Source: a virus
Lineage: Duplodnaviria; Caudoviricetes
Strand: one strand, 5' to 3'
IMG/VR virus record: IMGVR_UViG_3300048574_000518
Span: 1-46,460 of that record
Length of the DNA: 46,460 nt
The notes beneath the pieces are model-generated. The model was not told the DNA's origin. It saw only the letters and a list, made by a program, of their open reading frames with translations, and ran no database searches. Positions 8,049 to 17,095 of this stretch are shown piece by piece; position 1 is the first letter of the stretch; each line of letters begins with the position of its first letter. Both the position numbers and the translations under genes were made by a program.

Positions 8049-8290
8049 CGTCATCAACACAATCACTTCGCCGTCGCCGGCCGTTCCCGCTGGCTTGATG
8101 GCGTCGCCCGCCGGCACGGCTCTCCCCGGCGCGGCAAGCGGGCTGGGTGCACCTCGTCCCCCCGGGTCCCCAGCCCGCACCAACACAATCACATTGCCGG
8201 CGGCGCCGCTGGCAACCTGCTGCCGAGCACGGGATCCGTTGGCGGCCGGCAGGGGCGAGCTGTCGTCCACCATGCGGCCGGCGGCTCGCC
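8049..8290 (+). ncRNA. Putative structured leader RNA between cro and cII-like gene
   Basis: Five tandem GC stems plus duplicated CAACACAATCAC (8055, 8181). Confidence 0.45.
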
Positions 8291-8334
8291 AATCTTCTCT
8301 GTCGCTCATCGCGTTCACTGAGGGCTTGTTCGTC

Positions 8335-8787
8335 ATGCGCAAAACTATGGATGACGCAGCGGAAAACGACAAATTCGACACGGCACATATGTGCCGTTTG
8401 AACGGCACGATCGTGCCGCAAGAAGTTTACGCGTCGCGAGTCATGCAAATTGCGCAAGCCTTCATCGGCCGCATTAAAACGTCGTTCAAGATAGCGGACG
8501 CTGTTGGCTGCGGAGAGCGCACCGCCCGCCATTGGAAGCAGGGCGAGCGCGAGATGAACCTGAGCGACTTCATGCGCCTCGCGGCGGACAAGAAACGTCC
8601 CGAGATGGGCGCTGCCTTGTTCGCGATGATGTGGAACGAGCTTCCCGAGGCCACCAAGGAAGCGTGGTTCAGACAGCTTGAGAGCGAGAAGAAATCGAAA
8701 GCGCGTGCGGCGCGGCGTCGTCAGTTGCGCGCTGAATTGGAAGCGCTCGAATCCGATCAACCCGAGCTTGGGTTCGCGACACGATAA
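8335..8787 (+). CDS. CII-like HTH regulator
   Basis: KIADAVGCGERTARHWKQGEREM HTH; position after cro. Confidence 0.65.
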   Translation: MRKTMDDAAENDKFDTAHMCRLNGTIVPQEVYASRVMQIAQAFIGRIKTSFKIADAVGCGERTARHWKQGEREMNLSDFMRLAADKKRPEMGAALFAMMWNELPEATKEAWFRQLESEKKSKARAARRRQLRAELEALESDQPELGFATR

Positions 8788-8804
8788 CCCGGAGGTTATG
8801 GCAA

Positions 8805-9116
8805 ATGCCGAGGCTGACACGGAAACGGGCATTCGAACTTGGCGCGTTGGCCATGCAGCGGCTCGCAATGGCGAAGTGCGGCAATCTTACGGAAAGCCTT
8901 CAAGAAGGCATGATGACGGACGGCGGTCTGACGAAGGCCGACAAGAAGGCTATGGGCCACCAAGTCGACGCGATCTTTGAAGTCGAGAAGGACATCCGCC
9001 GCGAGACTGTGGACGATGCCGCCTACTACGGCAGCTACATCCTTGCGGACGCTGAGCGTAACCAGATCAGGTTTCTTTTTCCGGAGTATCCGGCCAGCCG
9101 TCCGAAACGGACTTAA
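8805..9116 (+). CDS. Hypothetical protein
   Basis: GGAGG upstream; 103 aa. Confidence 0.55.
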   Translation: MPRLTRKRAFELGALAMQRLAMAKCGNLTESLQEGMMTDGGLTKADKKAMGHQVDAIFEVEKDIRRETVDDAAYYGSYILADAERNQIRFLFPEYPASRPKRT

Positions 9117-9134
9117 CGGGATAAATCAACTCCA

Positions 9135-9275
9135 ATGTTCAACCTTCTTGCCCGCATATCCCAATGGATCAGCGACCGCTTAGGCGAGGCGTCTGATTTC
9201 TTCATCGACTTGGCGGCGTGGTTCTTGGGCCAATGCCGCCGCAAGCTTTCGGAGATACGTCGTAAGCGTCGCTAG
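9135..9275 (+). CDS. Small amphipathic protein (46 aa)
   Basis: MFNLLARISQWISDRLGEASDFFIDLAAWFLGQCRRK...; fills gap. Confidence 0.45.
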   Translation: MFNLLARISQWISDRLGEASDFFIDLAAWFLGQCRRKLSEIRRKRR

Positions 9276-9311
9276 TACCTTCGGGAATGGATCATAGCAA
9301 CGGGGGTTGCA

Positions 9312-9434
9312 ATGGACTGGGAAGATCAGGCGGATCGTTCCGTCGCAAAACTGTTTGCTTGGATCGCGGTCGGCTGGCTTATCTTTTTCGGCTTTGTCAC
9401 GCTGTTCATCACCTCACAGCGGTGGGGTGTGTGA
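9312..9434 (+). CDS. Small membrane protein (40 aa)
   Basis: MDWEDQADRSVAKLFAWIAVGWLIFFGFVTLFI; GGGGG RBS. Confidence 0.55.
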   Translation: MDWEDQADRSVAKLFAWIAVGWLIFFGFVTLFITSQRWGV

Positions 9435-9435
9435 C

Positions 9436-9603
9436 ATGACCGCTCAAATCTACATCCCCAAGGACGCCATAGAGCTACAGCGCGTGATGCGAGAGATCGC
9501 AGAACGCCGCATTACGCATGCGCATGAGCGCGTCTGGCCTGACTATCCGACCGACGATTGCTTTCATGATGCTGATCGCGTGCTGAAGGGGGATAAGCAA
9601 TGA
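9436..9603 (+). CDS. Hypothetical protein
   Basis: Coupled to neighbours. Confidence 0.55.
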   Translation: MTAQIYIPKDAIELQRVMREIAERRITHAHERVWPDYPTDDCFHDADRVLKGDKQ

Positions 9604-9896
9604 GGCCCATCATTCGCAGGAGAGTTGATCATAACCGCGTTCTGGATTTATGGGCAACCGGAATGCAGAGCCAAGAGATAGCCGATCTCCTGGGCGTGTC
9701 GAGCGGTTCGCGCGTGCGGGTGATCGTAAACCGTGCGCGAAGCAAGGGGGATGAAAGGGCGGTTCTTCGTAGGTACGAAGCTGTCAAGATTGAGCCCCAC
9801 ATCAGAGTCGCGATCATCAACGCCGCGATGGCGAAGGACACCACGCCAAAAGCGATTTTGCGCGAGGCCGTGTGTTCATACCTAGGCATTGGGTGA
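9600..9896 (+). CDS. HTH protein (GcrA N-terminus-like)
   Basis: VLDLWATGMQSQEIADLLGVSS. Confidence 0.6.
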   Translation: MRPIIRRRVDHNRVLDLWATGMQSQEIADLLGVSSGSRVRVIVNRARSKGDERAVLRRYEAVKIEPHIRVAIINAAMAKDTTPKAILREAVCSYLGIG

Positions 9897-9905
9897 GGTG
9901 TTTTC

Positions 9906-10265
9906 ATGAGCAGTCAGACCGCCTCTATCGTGAAATTTCCGGTTGAGATTGCGCCGCCAGAAGCCCTTGCGCCGACCGTGGCGGAAGTCATCGGCCTTGT
10001 CTGCGAGAGGTGTCAGGTGACGCGGCGTGACATCGCATCTCGCCGCCGGGATCGTGAAACGAGCTACGCCCGCCACATCTCCATGTATCTATGCGCGAAG
10101 CACACTGTGTGCTCCTACGCAGAGATCGGGCGATTGCTTGGGAATTTCGATTCTTCATCGGTCGTCCATGCCCGCCGCCGCATCAAACGGGAGATGCGCA
10201 GACAGGGGGCTATGGCGTCAGATATTGCGGCGATAGAGGCAAGGCTTGGGGGCCGTGCTGCATGA
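9906..10265 (+). CDS. DnaA C-terminal (domain IV)-like HTH protein
   Basis: DIASRRRDRETSYARHISMYLCAKHTVCSYAEIGRLLGNFDSSSVVHARRRI. Confidence 0.85.
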   Translation: MSSQTASIVKFPVEIAPPEALAPTVAEVIGLVCERCQVTRRDIASRRRDRETSYARHISMYLCAKHTVCSYAEIGRLLGNFDSSSVVHARRRIKREMRRQGAMASDIAAIEARLGGRAA

Positions 10266-10603
10266 TCACGCTCTGTCTTCCCGTCCCCCCAAGCGTCAAC
10301 AACCTATATGCCAACCGTCCAGGTCGAGGTCGGTATAAAACGTCTGCTTATCGCAAGTGGCTTCGCGAAGCCGATGGTTGGTATATGACGCAGAAGCCAT
10401 TGCGGATGAATTCGATTTCCGGATTCTACACGGCATCAATAAAACTTCCGGTGGAGACTCGCGGAGACATCGATAACCGCGCAAAGCCAATATTGGATTT
10501 TTTGGTGCGGGTCTCCTTAACCGAGGACGACCGTCGTTGTTGCAAGCTGTCGATCGAGCGGGCGCCGGTCGACTGCTGCGAGATCACCGTGAGGGCCGCA
10601 TGA
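10262..10603 (+). CDS. rusA: RusA-family Holliday junction resolvase
   Basis: LPVPPSVNNLY...GDIDNRAKPILDFL...EDDR. Confidence 0.9.
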   Translation: MITLCLPVPPSVNNLYANRPGRGRYKTSAYRKWLREADGWYMTQKPLRMNSISGFYTASIKLPVETRGDIDNRAKPILDFLVRVSLTEDDRRCCKLSIERAPVDCCEITVRAA

Positions 10604-11496
10604 GCGAGCGCGGCGTTTTCGCAGTCGATCGGGGTGTGTTCGATCACCCGATATTTGCGGAAGAGCCGTTTACCGAACGTGAAGCTTGGCTTTGGATGGT
10701 TGGAAACGCGGCGTGGAGGGAAACTCGGGTTCGCGTTGGCCGGCACATGATTGAACTTGGACGCGGCGAGCTTGCTTTCGCTACACGCTTCCTGGCGTCG
10801 AAGTGGCGCTGGTCGGAAGCGCGAGTGCGACGTTTTCTAAAACGTCTCGAAAGCGACGCAATGGTGTACGTCCAAACGACGCGCGATGCGACGCATATAA
10901 CTATTTGCAATTACGACAAATATGCCTTTGGGCGACGCACAGACGACGCACAAACCGACGCACAAACCGACGAACCGGCGACGCACTCGCGACGCAAAGA
11001 AGAAGAACCTAAGAACTTAAGAAAGATAGATGATGATGGTGATGACGCGCGCGAACCGACTCTTCGCCAGTCCGCTTTGGAACTAGCCGACGAGATTGCC
11101 GTCGCCGTTGGGCACGACCTCGCTTTCGTCCCGCCCGCATGGTGCGGAGCGGCAAACCGTGTCGAAATGTGGCTTACCAACGGCTGGCCGCGAGAACTTA
11201 TTCTCGAAACCGTTCGTGGTGTGATGGCCCGCAAGCGCGACGGCCCGCCGGACAGCATCCAGTATTTCGAGAAGCCGATCGCCAAGGCGTTTGCGCAGTC
11301 GGCGAAACCATTACCGACCGTCGTTATCGACAGTTCACCGGAGAAAATCCATGTCAGAACTCAAGCCGACCGGGGTCAACATCGAAGCGTTTCGACCAGC
11401 CTCGAAAGCATCCTTGCCCGCATTGAAGACTTCGACGCCCCCGGCGGTGGCGGTGGAGCGGGCGCGCCTGATGTTCGGTTGCTATCGAAGGGATGA
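10600..11496 (+). CDS. Replication initiator (lambda O-like)
   Basis: FTEREAWLWM...LASKWRWSEARVRRFLKRLE...ITICNYDKY; internal iterons. Confidence 0.8.
   Translation: MSERGVFAVDRGVFDHPIFAEEPFTEREAWLWMVGNAAWRETRVRVGRHMIELGRGELAFATRFLASKWRWSEARVRRFLKRLESDAMVYVQTTRDATHITICNYDKYAFGRRTDDAQTDAQTDEPATHSRRKEEEPKNLRKIDDDGDDAREPTLRQSALELADEIAVAVGHDLAFVPPAWCGAANRVEMWLTNGWPRELILETVRGVMARKRDGPPDSIQYFEKPIAKAFAQSAKPLPTVVIDSSPEKIHVRTQADRGQHRSVSTSLESILARIEDFDAPGGGGGAGAPDVRLLSKG
10933..11035 (+). repeat. Iteron array plus A-rich tract (probable replication origin)
   Basis: CGACG(C/A)A(C/A) at 10933, 10944, 10956, 10968, 10979, 10990, followed by an A-rich run. Confidence 0.75.
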
Positions 11497-11725
11497 TGCG
11501 CACGACCCAGACACCTACGCGGCGGCTATATCGGCTGTACTGGCGGAATACCCGGAGAGTGTCGTTCGCTACGTGACGGACCCGAGAACTGGAATCCCTC
11601 GGAAACTTAAGTTTTTGCCGAGCGTGGCGGAAGTTGCGGAAGCGTGTGACCACGAGCTGGACCTTCGCCGCACCATTGGCGAGGAGCGTCTTGCCGAATT
11701 CAGATCAAAGCAAAAGGCCGTATGA
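11351..11725 (+). CDS. Replication accessory protein (helicase-loader position)
   Basis: DPDTYAAAISAVLAEYP...FLPSVAEV; overlaps the initiator 3' end; true start uncertain. Confidence 0.6.
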   Translation: MSELKPTGVNIEAFRPASKASLPALKTSTPPAVAVERARLMFGCYRRDDAHDPDTYAAAISAVLAEYPESVVRYVTDPRTGIPRKLKFLPSVAEVAEACDHELDLRRTIGEERLAEFRSKQKAV

Positions 11726-11726
11726 C

Positions 11727-12011
11727 ATGAGCAACATCGACGCAGCATTGAAGTCCATCATCGATCGCATTGAGGCGACCGAGAAGCAGATCGACGAGTA
11801 CACGCAGGACCGCAAGGACATTTACGCGGAAGCCAAGTCAAATGGCTACGACGTGGACGCGCTCAAGGACCTAGTGAAGGAACGCAAGCAAGATTCTGCC
11901 AAGCGCGACAAGGCTAAGCGGCGGCAGGAATCGCTTGAGCTTTACAAGATGCGGCTTGGCATGCTTGCCGATACCCCGCTTGGGAAAGCCGCGCTTGATC
12001 AGGTGTCCTAA
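11727..12011 (+). CDS. GapR/DUF2312-family DNA-binding protein
   Basis: LKSIIDRIE...DRKDIYAEAKSNGYDVDALKDLVKERKQD...LELY. Confidence 0.85.
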   Translation: MSNIDAALKSIIDRIEATEKQIDEYTQDRKDIYAEAKSNGYDVDALKDLVKERKQDSAKRDKAKRRQESLELYKMRLGMLADTPLGKAALDQVS

Positions 12012-12571
12012 TGGGCAGGCCGAAGGCAAAAAACATGAGGCGAGACAGCACCACAGGCCGCAGCCGTGGGCCTCAGACAGCGGAGATTATCGAGGTTGCG
12101 TTCCGTAATCGGATTCGCCGCGTCGGCTCCGCTGCCATAGTGGTCGATCAACGCACCGGCGCCGCCAGGGCTCATGAGCGGTCTGGATATTCGCTAGGCA
12201 TTCTCAGGCTGTGGGACCAGATTTCCGAGGATCAGTTCGCCGCTGGCGAGTGGTACGCTGGAGTTGTCCATAGGTACTGCGCACTGCATGGACTTCGGCT
12301 TCCGGTTCCCAAGAGCCCGGCTTTGATTCTGGTGGGGGCTGGGCGCACGTGCGCGGCTGAGCCAAAGAAAGAAGACATGGACAACGCTGCCTTGAAGCAT
12401 CGGGGAGCTCGGACGGCTCTCCTGGTGGCTGGAACACAGATCGGCGTCGGCTCTCGCGTCAACGCCATCACCTACGCGGTGTGTGTCGAGGACAGGGCTC
12501 CTGAAAGCCTCAACGAGGCCGACCTGGGCAATCTCAGGGTAGGGCTGAACGCCCTGGCGAGGGTGTCGTAA
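12011..12571 (+). CDS. Probable late-gene regulator (Q-analog by position)
   Basis: Last early gene, directly followed by promoter plus terminator; function inferred from synteny only. Confidence 0.45.
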   Translation: MGRPKAKNMRRDSTTGRSRGPQTAEIIEVAFRNRIRRVGSAAIVVDQRTGAARAHERSGYSLGILRLWDQISEDQFAAGEWYAGVVHRYCALHGLRLPVPKSPALILVGAGRTCAAEPKKEDMDNAALKHRGARTALLVAGTQIGVGSRVNAITYAVCVEDRAPESLNEADLGNLRVGLNALARVS

Positions 12572-12579
12572 AAAACCGC

Positions 12580-12608
12580 TTGCAAAGCAAAACCGGTTGT
12601 GATATGCG
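12580..12608 (+). promoter_or_regulatory. Putative late promoter
   Basis: TTGCAA-17bp-TATGCG with TG extension. Confidence 0.55.
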
Positions 12609-12637
12609 GATGGCAGAAATGAGATGCTTCGAATTGC

Positions 12638-12668
12638 GCCCGCCCGGCATGTGTCGCGGCGGGCTTTT
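12638..12668 (+). terminator. Intrinsic terminator after late promoter
   Basis: GCCCGCC...GGCGGGC followed by TTTT. Confidence 0.6.
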
Positions 12669-12704
12669 CGTTGAGGCTGCGGCCTCGGACCCCAGGAGAC
12701 TGAA

Positions 12705-12995
12705 ATGGAGAAGATCGAGTACCGGGTGCGCCCGGTGACGCGGTTTATTGTCACGCGTTTCGAGGCCAAGGAAATGGTTGACGGCGCGGGGAGTGCCGGA
12801 AGTTCCGTTCATGGAGAATTTGATAACGTCGACACGGCTCACGAGGTGGCATATGCGCTCGCGAAGGCTGAGCAAGCCCGTCTCGGATGGGCGCTTGGCG
12901 ACGACCGCATGATTTTTCCGCTCAGGCCTCTCGCGTCTGCCCAGATAGGATCCGGCGGCATTGACTCGCCGCGCTCGGGGCAGATCAACAACTAG
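12705..12995 (+). CDS. Hypothetical protein
   Basis: AGGAG RBS; MEKIEYRVRPVTRFIVTRF. Confidence 0.7.
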   Translation: MEKIEYRVRPVTRFIVTRFEAKEMVDGAGSAGSSVHGEFDNVDTAHEVAYALAKAEQARLGWALGDDRMIFPLRPLASAQIGSGGIDSPRSGQINN

Positions 12996-13161
12996 ATTTT
13001 CATTGGGCGCCGGCCATGTTGCCGGATCAGTAGCGCAGCAGCAGCTAACACCAGCGGCCTAACCTCTGGCTGGCGCCCATTATCTGCAAACCACGGGATT
13101 ACAGACATGCCCTGCAAGCCCAAGCCAAAACCCGGCAAGCCTAAGCCAAGGTAGGTAATCA

Positions 13162-13365
13162 ATGCCATGCAAATGCCGGTGTGGCGATGTAGTCGTTTCG
13201 TCTGATGACCCCATGGCCGTCGACGCAATGGCCATGTCAATCGCTAGGGTTCTTTCGAAAAACTGGTTAGATGTGGCTCCGCTCGACCAGCCGCTTGGGA
13301 TCGATGTGGAGGGCTTGAATGGAGATGTCGTTACCTATCGGGCTGCAGTCGTGCCTTTGAATTGA
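13162..13365 (+). CDS. Hypothetical protein
   Basis: 67 aa ORF before terminase. Confidence 0.45.
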   Translation: MPCKCRCGDVVVSSDDPMAVDAMAMSIARVLSKNWLDVAPLDQPLGIDVEGLNGDVVTYRAAVVPLN

Positions 13366-13387
13366 GCAAGCAACCGAAGTGGACTAA

Positions 13388-13669
13388 ATGGCTAAGACGC
13401 CGACAGAAATCAAATCTTTGGCGCGGTCGCACACCGAATCCGCGCTCAACTGCCTTGCCGGCATCATGAACCAGAACGATGCGCCGCCGGCCGCTCGGGT
13501 ATCGGCCGCGGTAGCGCTCCTTGACCGTGGGTGGGGCAAGCCGGCGCAGGCGATCGTCGGCGACTCCGATGCGGACCCGATAAACCTCAAAGTCGAGATG
13601 GATGCTGAACGTTTCACCCGCGCAGTCGCTAGCCTTACTGCCAGAACAGGAACGCCAGAAGCTTCTTGA
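13388..13669 (+). CDS. Terminase small subunit-like protein
   Basis: ARVSAAVALLDRGWGKPAQ; directly upstream of the large subunit. Confidence 0.7.
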   Translation: MAKTPTEIKSLARSHTESALNCLAGIMNQNDAPPAARVSAAVALLDRGWGKPAQAIVGDSDADPINLKVEMDAERFTRAVASLTARTGTPEAS

Positions 13670-14948
13670 TGATCTGCCAGCCCCCGTAAGGGCTCAACTC
13701 GCCTACCACTGGCCGTTTTGGGCGCGACCTGATCAGATCATCCCAGGGGGAGAGTGGACGTACTGGCTCATCCTCGCTGGCCGCGGGTGGGGCAAGACCC
13801 GGACTGGGGCTGAGACGGTTCGCGAGTGGGTCAAGACCGTCGATATGGTCAACCTGATCGGAGCCACGGTCGACGACGCCCGCGACATCATGATCGAGGG
13901 GGAAAGTGGAATTCTGGCGATCTGCCCTGATGGGGAGCGGCCCGACTATAAGAAATCTGAGCGCAAGCTAGTCTGGCCGAACGGGGCAACATCGCTGATT
14001 TTCACGGCGGACGAACCGGAGCGCCTGAGGGGCAAGCAGCACAAGGCATTATGGGCCGATGAAATGGCCGCCTGGCGTTATCAGGAGGCATGGGATCAGG
14101 CCAAGTTCGGGCTACGGCTGGGAGCTAAGCCAAGGGCGGTAATCACCACCACGCCGCGCCCTGTGCGGAACGTGAAGGACTTGCTGGCAGACCAGTCCAC
14201 GCATGTCACGCGGGGGACGACGTACGATAATCGGGTGAACCTGGCGCCATCGTTCTTCGCCGAGATCATCAAGCGATACGAAGGCACACGGCTCGGTCGG
14301 CAGGAGCTGAACGCCGAACTGCTGTTGGACGTTCCCGGGGCGCTGTGGAGCCGGGAGATGATCCGGCACATTCCGCGCCATGCCGTGAAGGACTTGCACC
14401 GGATCGTGGTGGCGATCGATCCGCCAGCCACGAGTCAAGAGAACAGTAACGAGTGCGGCATTGTCGGCGCCGGGACTGATGGGCAGCGCGCCTTTGTGCT
14501 TGCTGATCGTTCTGGCGTCATGTCTCCGCGAGAGTGGGCGACAAAAGCCGTTCAGCTTTATCGCGAGCTTGAGGCCAACCTGATCGTCGCCGAGGCTAAC
14601 CAGGGCGGTGAGATGGTCGCGGAGGTGATCCGTTCGGTTGATCCTTATGCGCCGGTCAAACTGGTCAGGGCCTCGCGCGGCAAGTACATCCGCGCCGAGC
14701 CGGTTTCGGCCATGTATGCCCGTGAGTGTGTGTTCCATTGTGAACTCTTCGAAGCCCTTGAAGATCAGATGTGCGAGTTCACGCCGGACTTTGATCGGAC
14801 ACAGAACGGGTCTCCTGACAGGCTCGACGCGCTGGTATGGGCGATGACGGAGCTATTCCCGTCGCTGGCCTATCCTGTATCGGACGACGATGACGACGAG
14901 GCCCGCTGGCGCTCCAGCCACGCGAGATCGGCAAGGACTGGATATTAA
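13602..14948 (+). CDS. terL: Terminase large subunit
   Basis: Walker A AGRGWGKT, Walker B LWADE, nuclease motifs VAIDP and SPDRLDALVWA. Confidence 0.95.
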   Translation: MLNVSPAQSLALLPEQERQKLLDDLPAPVRAQLAYHWPFWARPDQIIPGGEWTYWLILAGRGWGKTRTGAETVREWVKTVDMVNLIGATVDDARDIMIEGESGILAICPDGERPDYKKSERKLVWPNGATSLIFTADEPERLRGKQHKALWADEMAAWRYQEAWDQAKFGLRLGAKPRAVITTTPRPVRNVKDLLADQSTHVTRGTTYDNRVNLAPSFFAEIIKRYEGTRLGRQELNAELLLDVPGALWSREMIRHIPRHAVKDLHRIVVAIDPPATSQENSNECGIVGAGTDGQRAFVLADRSGVMSPREWATKAVQLYRELEANLIVAEANQGGEMVAEVIRSVDPYAPVKLVRASRGKYIRAEPVSAMYARECVFHCELFEALEDQMCEFTPDFDRTQNGSPDRLDALVWAMTELFPSLAYPVSDDDDDEARWRSSHARSARTGY

Positions 14949-17095
14949 TGGCCTTCGCATACGACTCTCCCGCCGAAACATTGCCGGCGGGCGGGACAGG
15001 TGCGTCCGGCTTCCTGCAGCAAGCCATGCAATCGCAGAACGTCGTCGAGCTGCTTGACGACACTGAGCTTGCCAAGATCGCTGGCGAGGTCATCGAAGAG
15101 TACCAGATCGACAAGGACTCCCGGAAGGATTGGGAGGACAAGGTCAAAGAGGCGACCAAGCTCGCCATGCTGGTGAGCGAGCAGAAGGATTACCCGTTCG
15201 AAAAGGCGGCGAACATCAAGTACCCGCTGCTCACCACGGCGGCCTTACAGTTCAACGCCCGCGCCTATCCCGCGATTGTGCAGGGCAACCGCGTCGTGCG
15301 CTGCGTGACCTGGGGCGACGACGCCACCGGGCAGAAGCGCGCCCGCGCCGACCGCGTTGCCGAGCATATGTCCTATCAGCTCTTGGCTGAAATGCCAGAG
15401 TGGGAGGAGGACACTGACAAGATGCTGGTCATCTTGCCGATTGTCGGGTGCGTGTTCCGCAAGGTCTATTACGACCCGGCGCTGAAGCGCAATTGCAGCC
15501 GGCTTGTGACGGCTGAGCGTCTGGTGGTGAATTATTGGGCCCGGTCGCTGCTCGACGTTCCTCGCTGCACCGAGGAAATGCATCTTTATCCGAACGAGAT
15601 TGTCGAGCGCATCAGGTCGGGGCGCTTCGTCGAATTCGACTATCAGGCGGCGGGCAGCGAGGCTGAGGACAAGAAGGACTCGGCGCAGAACGATCCGACC
15701 GCGCCGCACCTGTTCCTTGAGCAGCATCGGCTTCTTGATCTGGACGAGGACGGGTACGCCGAACCGTACATCGTGACGGTGCACAAGTCATCGCAGAAGG
15801 TCTGCCGCATCGTCGCTAACTACTCGCCCGAGTCGATTTCTCAAGGTGATGACGGCAAGGTCCACGCCATTCGCCGGCAGGACTACTACGTCAAATATCA
15901 GTTCCTCCCGTCGCCGGATGGCGGGTTCTACGGGCTCGGGTTCGGCTGGCTGCTGGCCGACATCACGGAGGCGATCAACGCCACGCTCAACCAGATGCTC
16001 GACGCCGGCCACCTCACCAATGTGCAGGGCGGCCTCGTCTCGGCTGCTCTGGGCATCAAGGAGAAGTCGATCAAACTGGCGCTGGGTGAGTGGCGCGTGG
16101 TCAACACGAATGCCCCGCTTAACCAGTCCGTGATGCCGATCACGTATCCCGGCCCGTCGCAAGTCCTGTTCAATCTCCTGGGCCTGTTGGTCGAGGCGGG
16201 GCGCGAGGTCGCGGCGATCAAGGACGTGCTGACCGGCGAGGTGCGCCAGAACATGACGGCCTCGGCCACGCTCGCCCTGATCGAGCAGGGCTTGCAGGTG
16301 TTCACCGCGATCTTCAAGCGCATTCACCGCTCGCTCAAGGCCGAGCTCGGGATCATGGCGCGGCTGAACCGGAAGCACCTCACGCCGGATCGTTATGCCG
16401 CGTTCTTCGACGGTCAGGAAATGTCCGATCCGCAGCGGGACTATTCGGAGCAGGACATGGACATCCTGCCGGTTTCTGACCCGCATGTTGCGTCTCGCAT
16501 GCAGGAACTCGCGAAGGCACAGCTTATTCGTGAGGTGAGCCAGGAAAACCCGACCATCAACCCGTTCGTCGCGACCCGGCGCGTGCTTGAGGCGGCGCAG
16601 ATCGACGACATTGACGAGTTGATGATGCCGCAGCCGCAGCCAGACCCTGAGCAAGAGCTTTTGACGAAGCTGGCGGCTTATCTTCAGGTGCAGAATCTTG
16701 AGGCGGATGTCATCAAGAAGCAGACGGCGGCGCTCAAGGATGTTGCGACGGCCGGCGCGCAGGAAGACGGCGCGAAGCTGCAGCAAGCAAAGCTGGTTTT
16801 GGACGCGCTCCGGGCAGAGGTGGGCGCCGAGCAGGGGCAGGCGCAGCAAGCGATGCAGCAACAGCAGATGGCAATGGAGCAGGCCCAGGCTGGCGCACAG
16901 CCGGGCGCTGGTGCGCAGGGGCTACAGCCGGGCATGGACGGCATGGCGGAACCGGAGGGATTCCAGCAAGCTCCTGACGGAAATTGGTACGCGCCGGACC
17001 CTGACAGGCCGGGCAAGTTCGTGATGCTTGAGACGGAAGGGGATCAATCACTGCAGCCAAGCGGGACTGAAAATGCCCTCAGTCCGGCCGGTTGA
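14948..17095 (+). CDS. Portal protein
   Basis: 715 aa after terL; FYGLGFG, SATLALIEQG motifs; Gln-rich C-terminal helix. Confidence 0.85.
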   Translation: MAFAYDSPAETLPAGGTGASGFLQQAMQSQNVVELLDDTELAKIAGEVIEEYQIDKDSRKDWEDKVKEATKLAMLVSEQKDYPFEKAANIKYPLLTTAALQFNARAYPAIVQGNRVVRCVTWGDDATGQKRARADRVAEHMSYQLLAEMPEWEEDTDKMLVILPIVGCVFRKVYYDPALKRNCSRLVTAERLVVNYWARSLLDVPRCTEEMHLYPNEIVERIRSGRFVEFDYQAAGSEAEDKKDSAQNDPTAPHLFLEQHRLLDLDEDGYAEPYIVTVHKSSQKVCRIVANYSPESISQGDDGKVHAIRRQDYYVKYQFLPSPDGGFYGLGFGWLLADITEAINATLNQMLDAGHLTNVQGGLVSAALGIKEKSIKLALGEWRVVNTNAPLNQSVMPITYPGPSQVLFNLLGLLVEAGREVAAIKDVLTGEVRQNMTASATLALIEQGLQVFTAIFKRIHRSLKAELGIMARLNRKHLTPDRYAAFFDGQEMSDPQRDYSEQDMDILPVSDPHVASRMQELAKAQLIREVSQENPTINPFVATRRVLEAAQIDDIDELMMPQPQPDPEQELLTKLAAYLQVQNLEADVIKKQTAALKDVATAGAQEDGAKLQQAKLVLDALRAEVGAEQGQAQQAMQQQQMAMEQAQAGAQPGAGAQGLQPGMDGMAEPEGFQQAPDGNWYAPDPDRPGKFVMLETEGDQSLQPSGTENALSPAG

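Noticed and set aside
7803-8321. 172-aa ORF after cro
   Set aside because: His/Arg-rich low-plausibility translation running through the hairpin array; cannot be supported as coding
7591-8868. 425-aa minus-strand ORF across cro and cII
   Set aside because: Arg/Ala-rich shadow frame antisense to two well-supported genes
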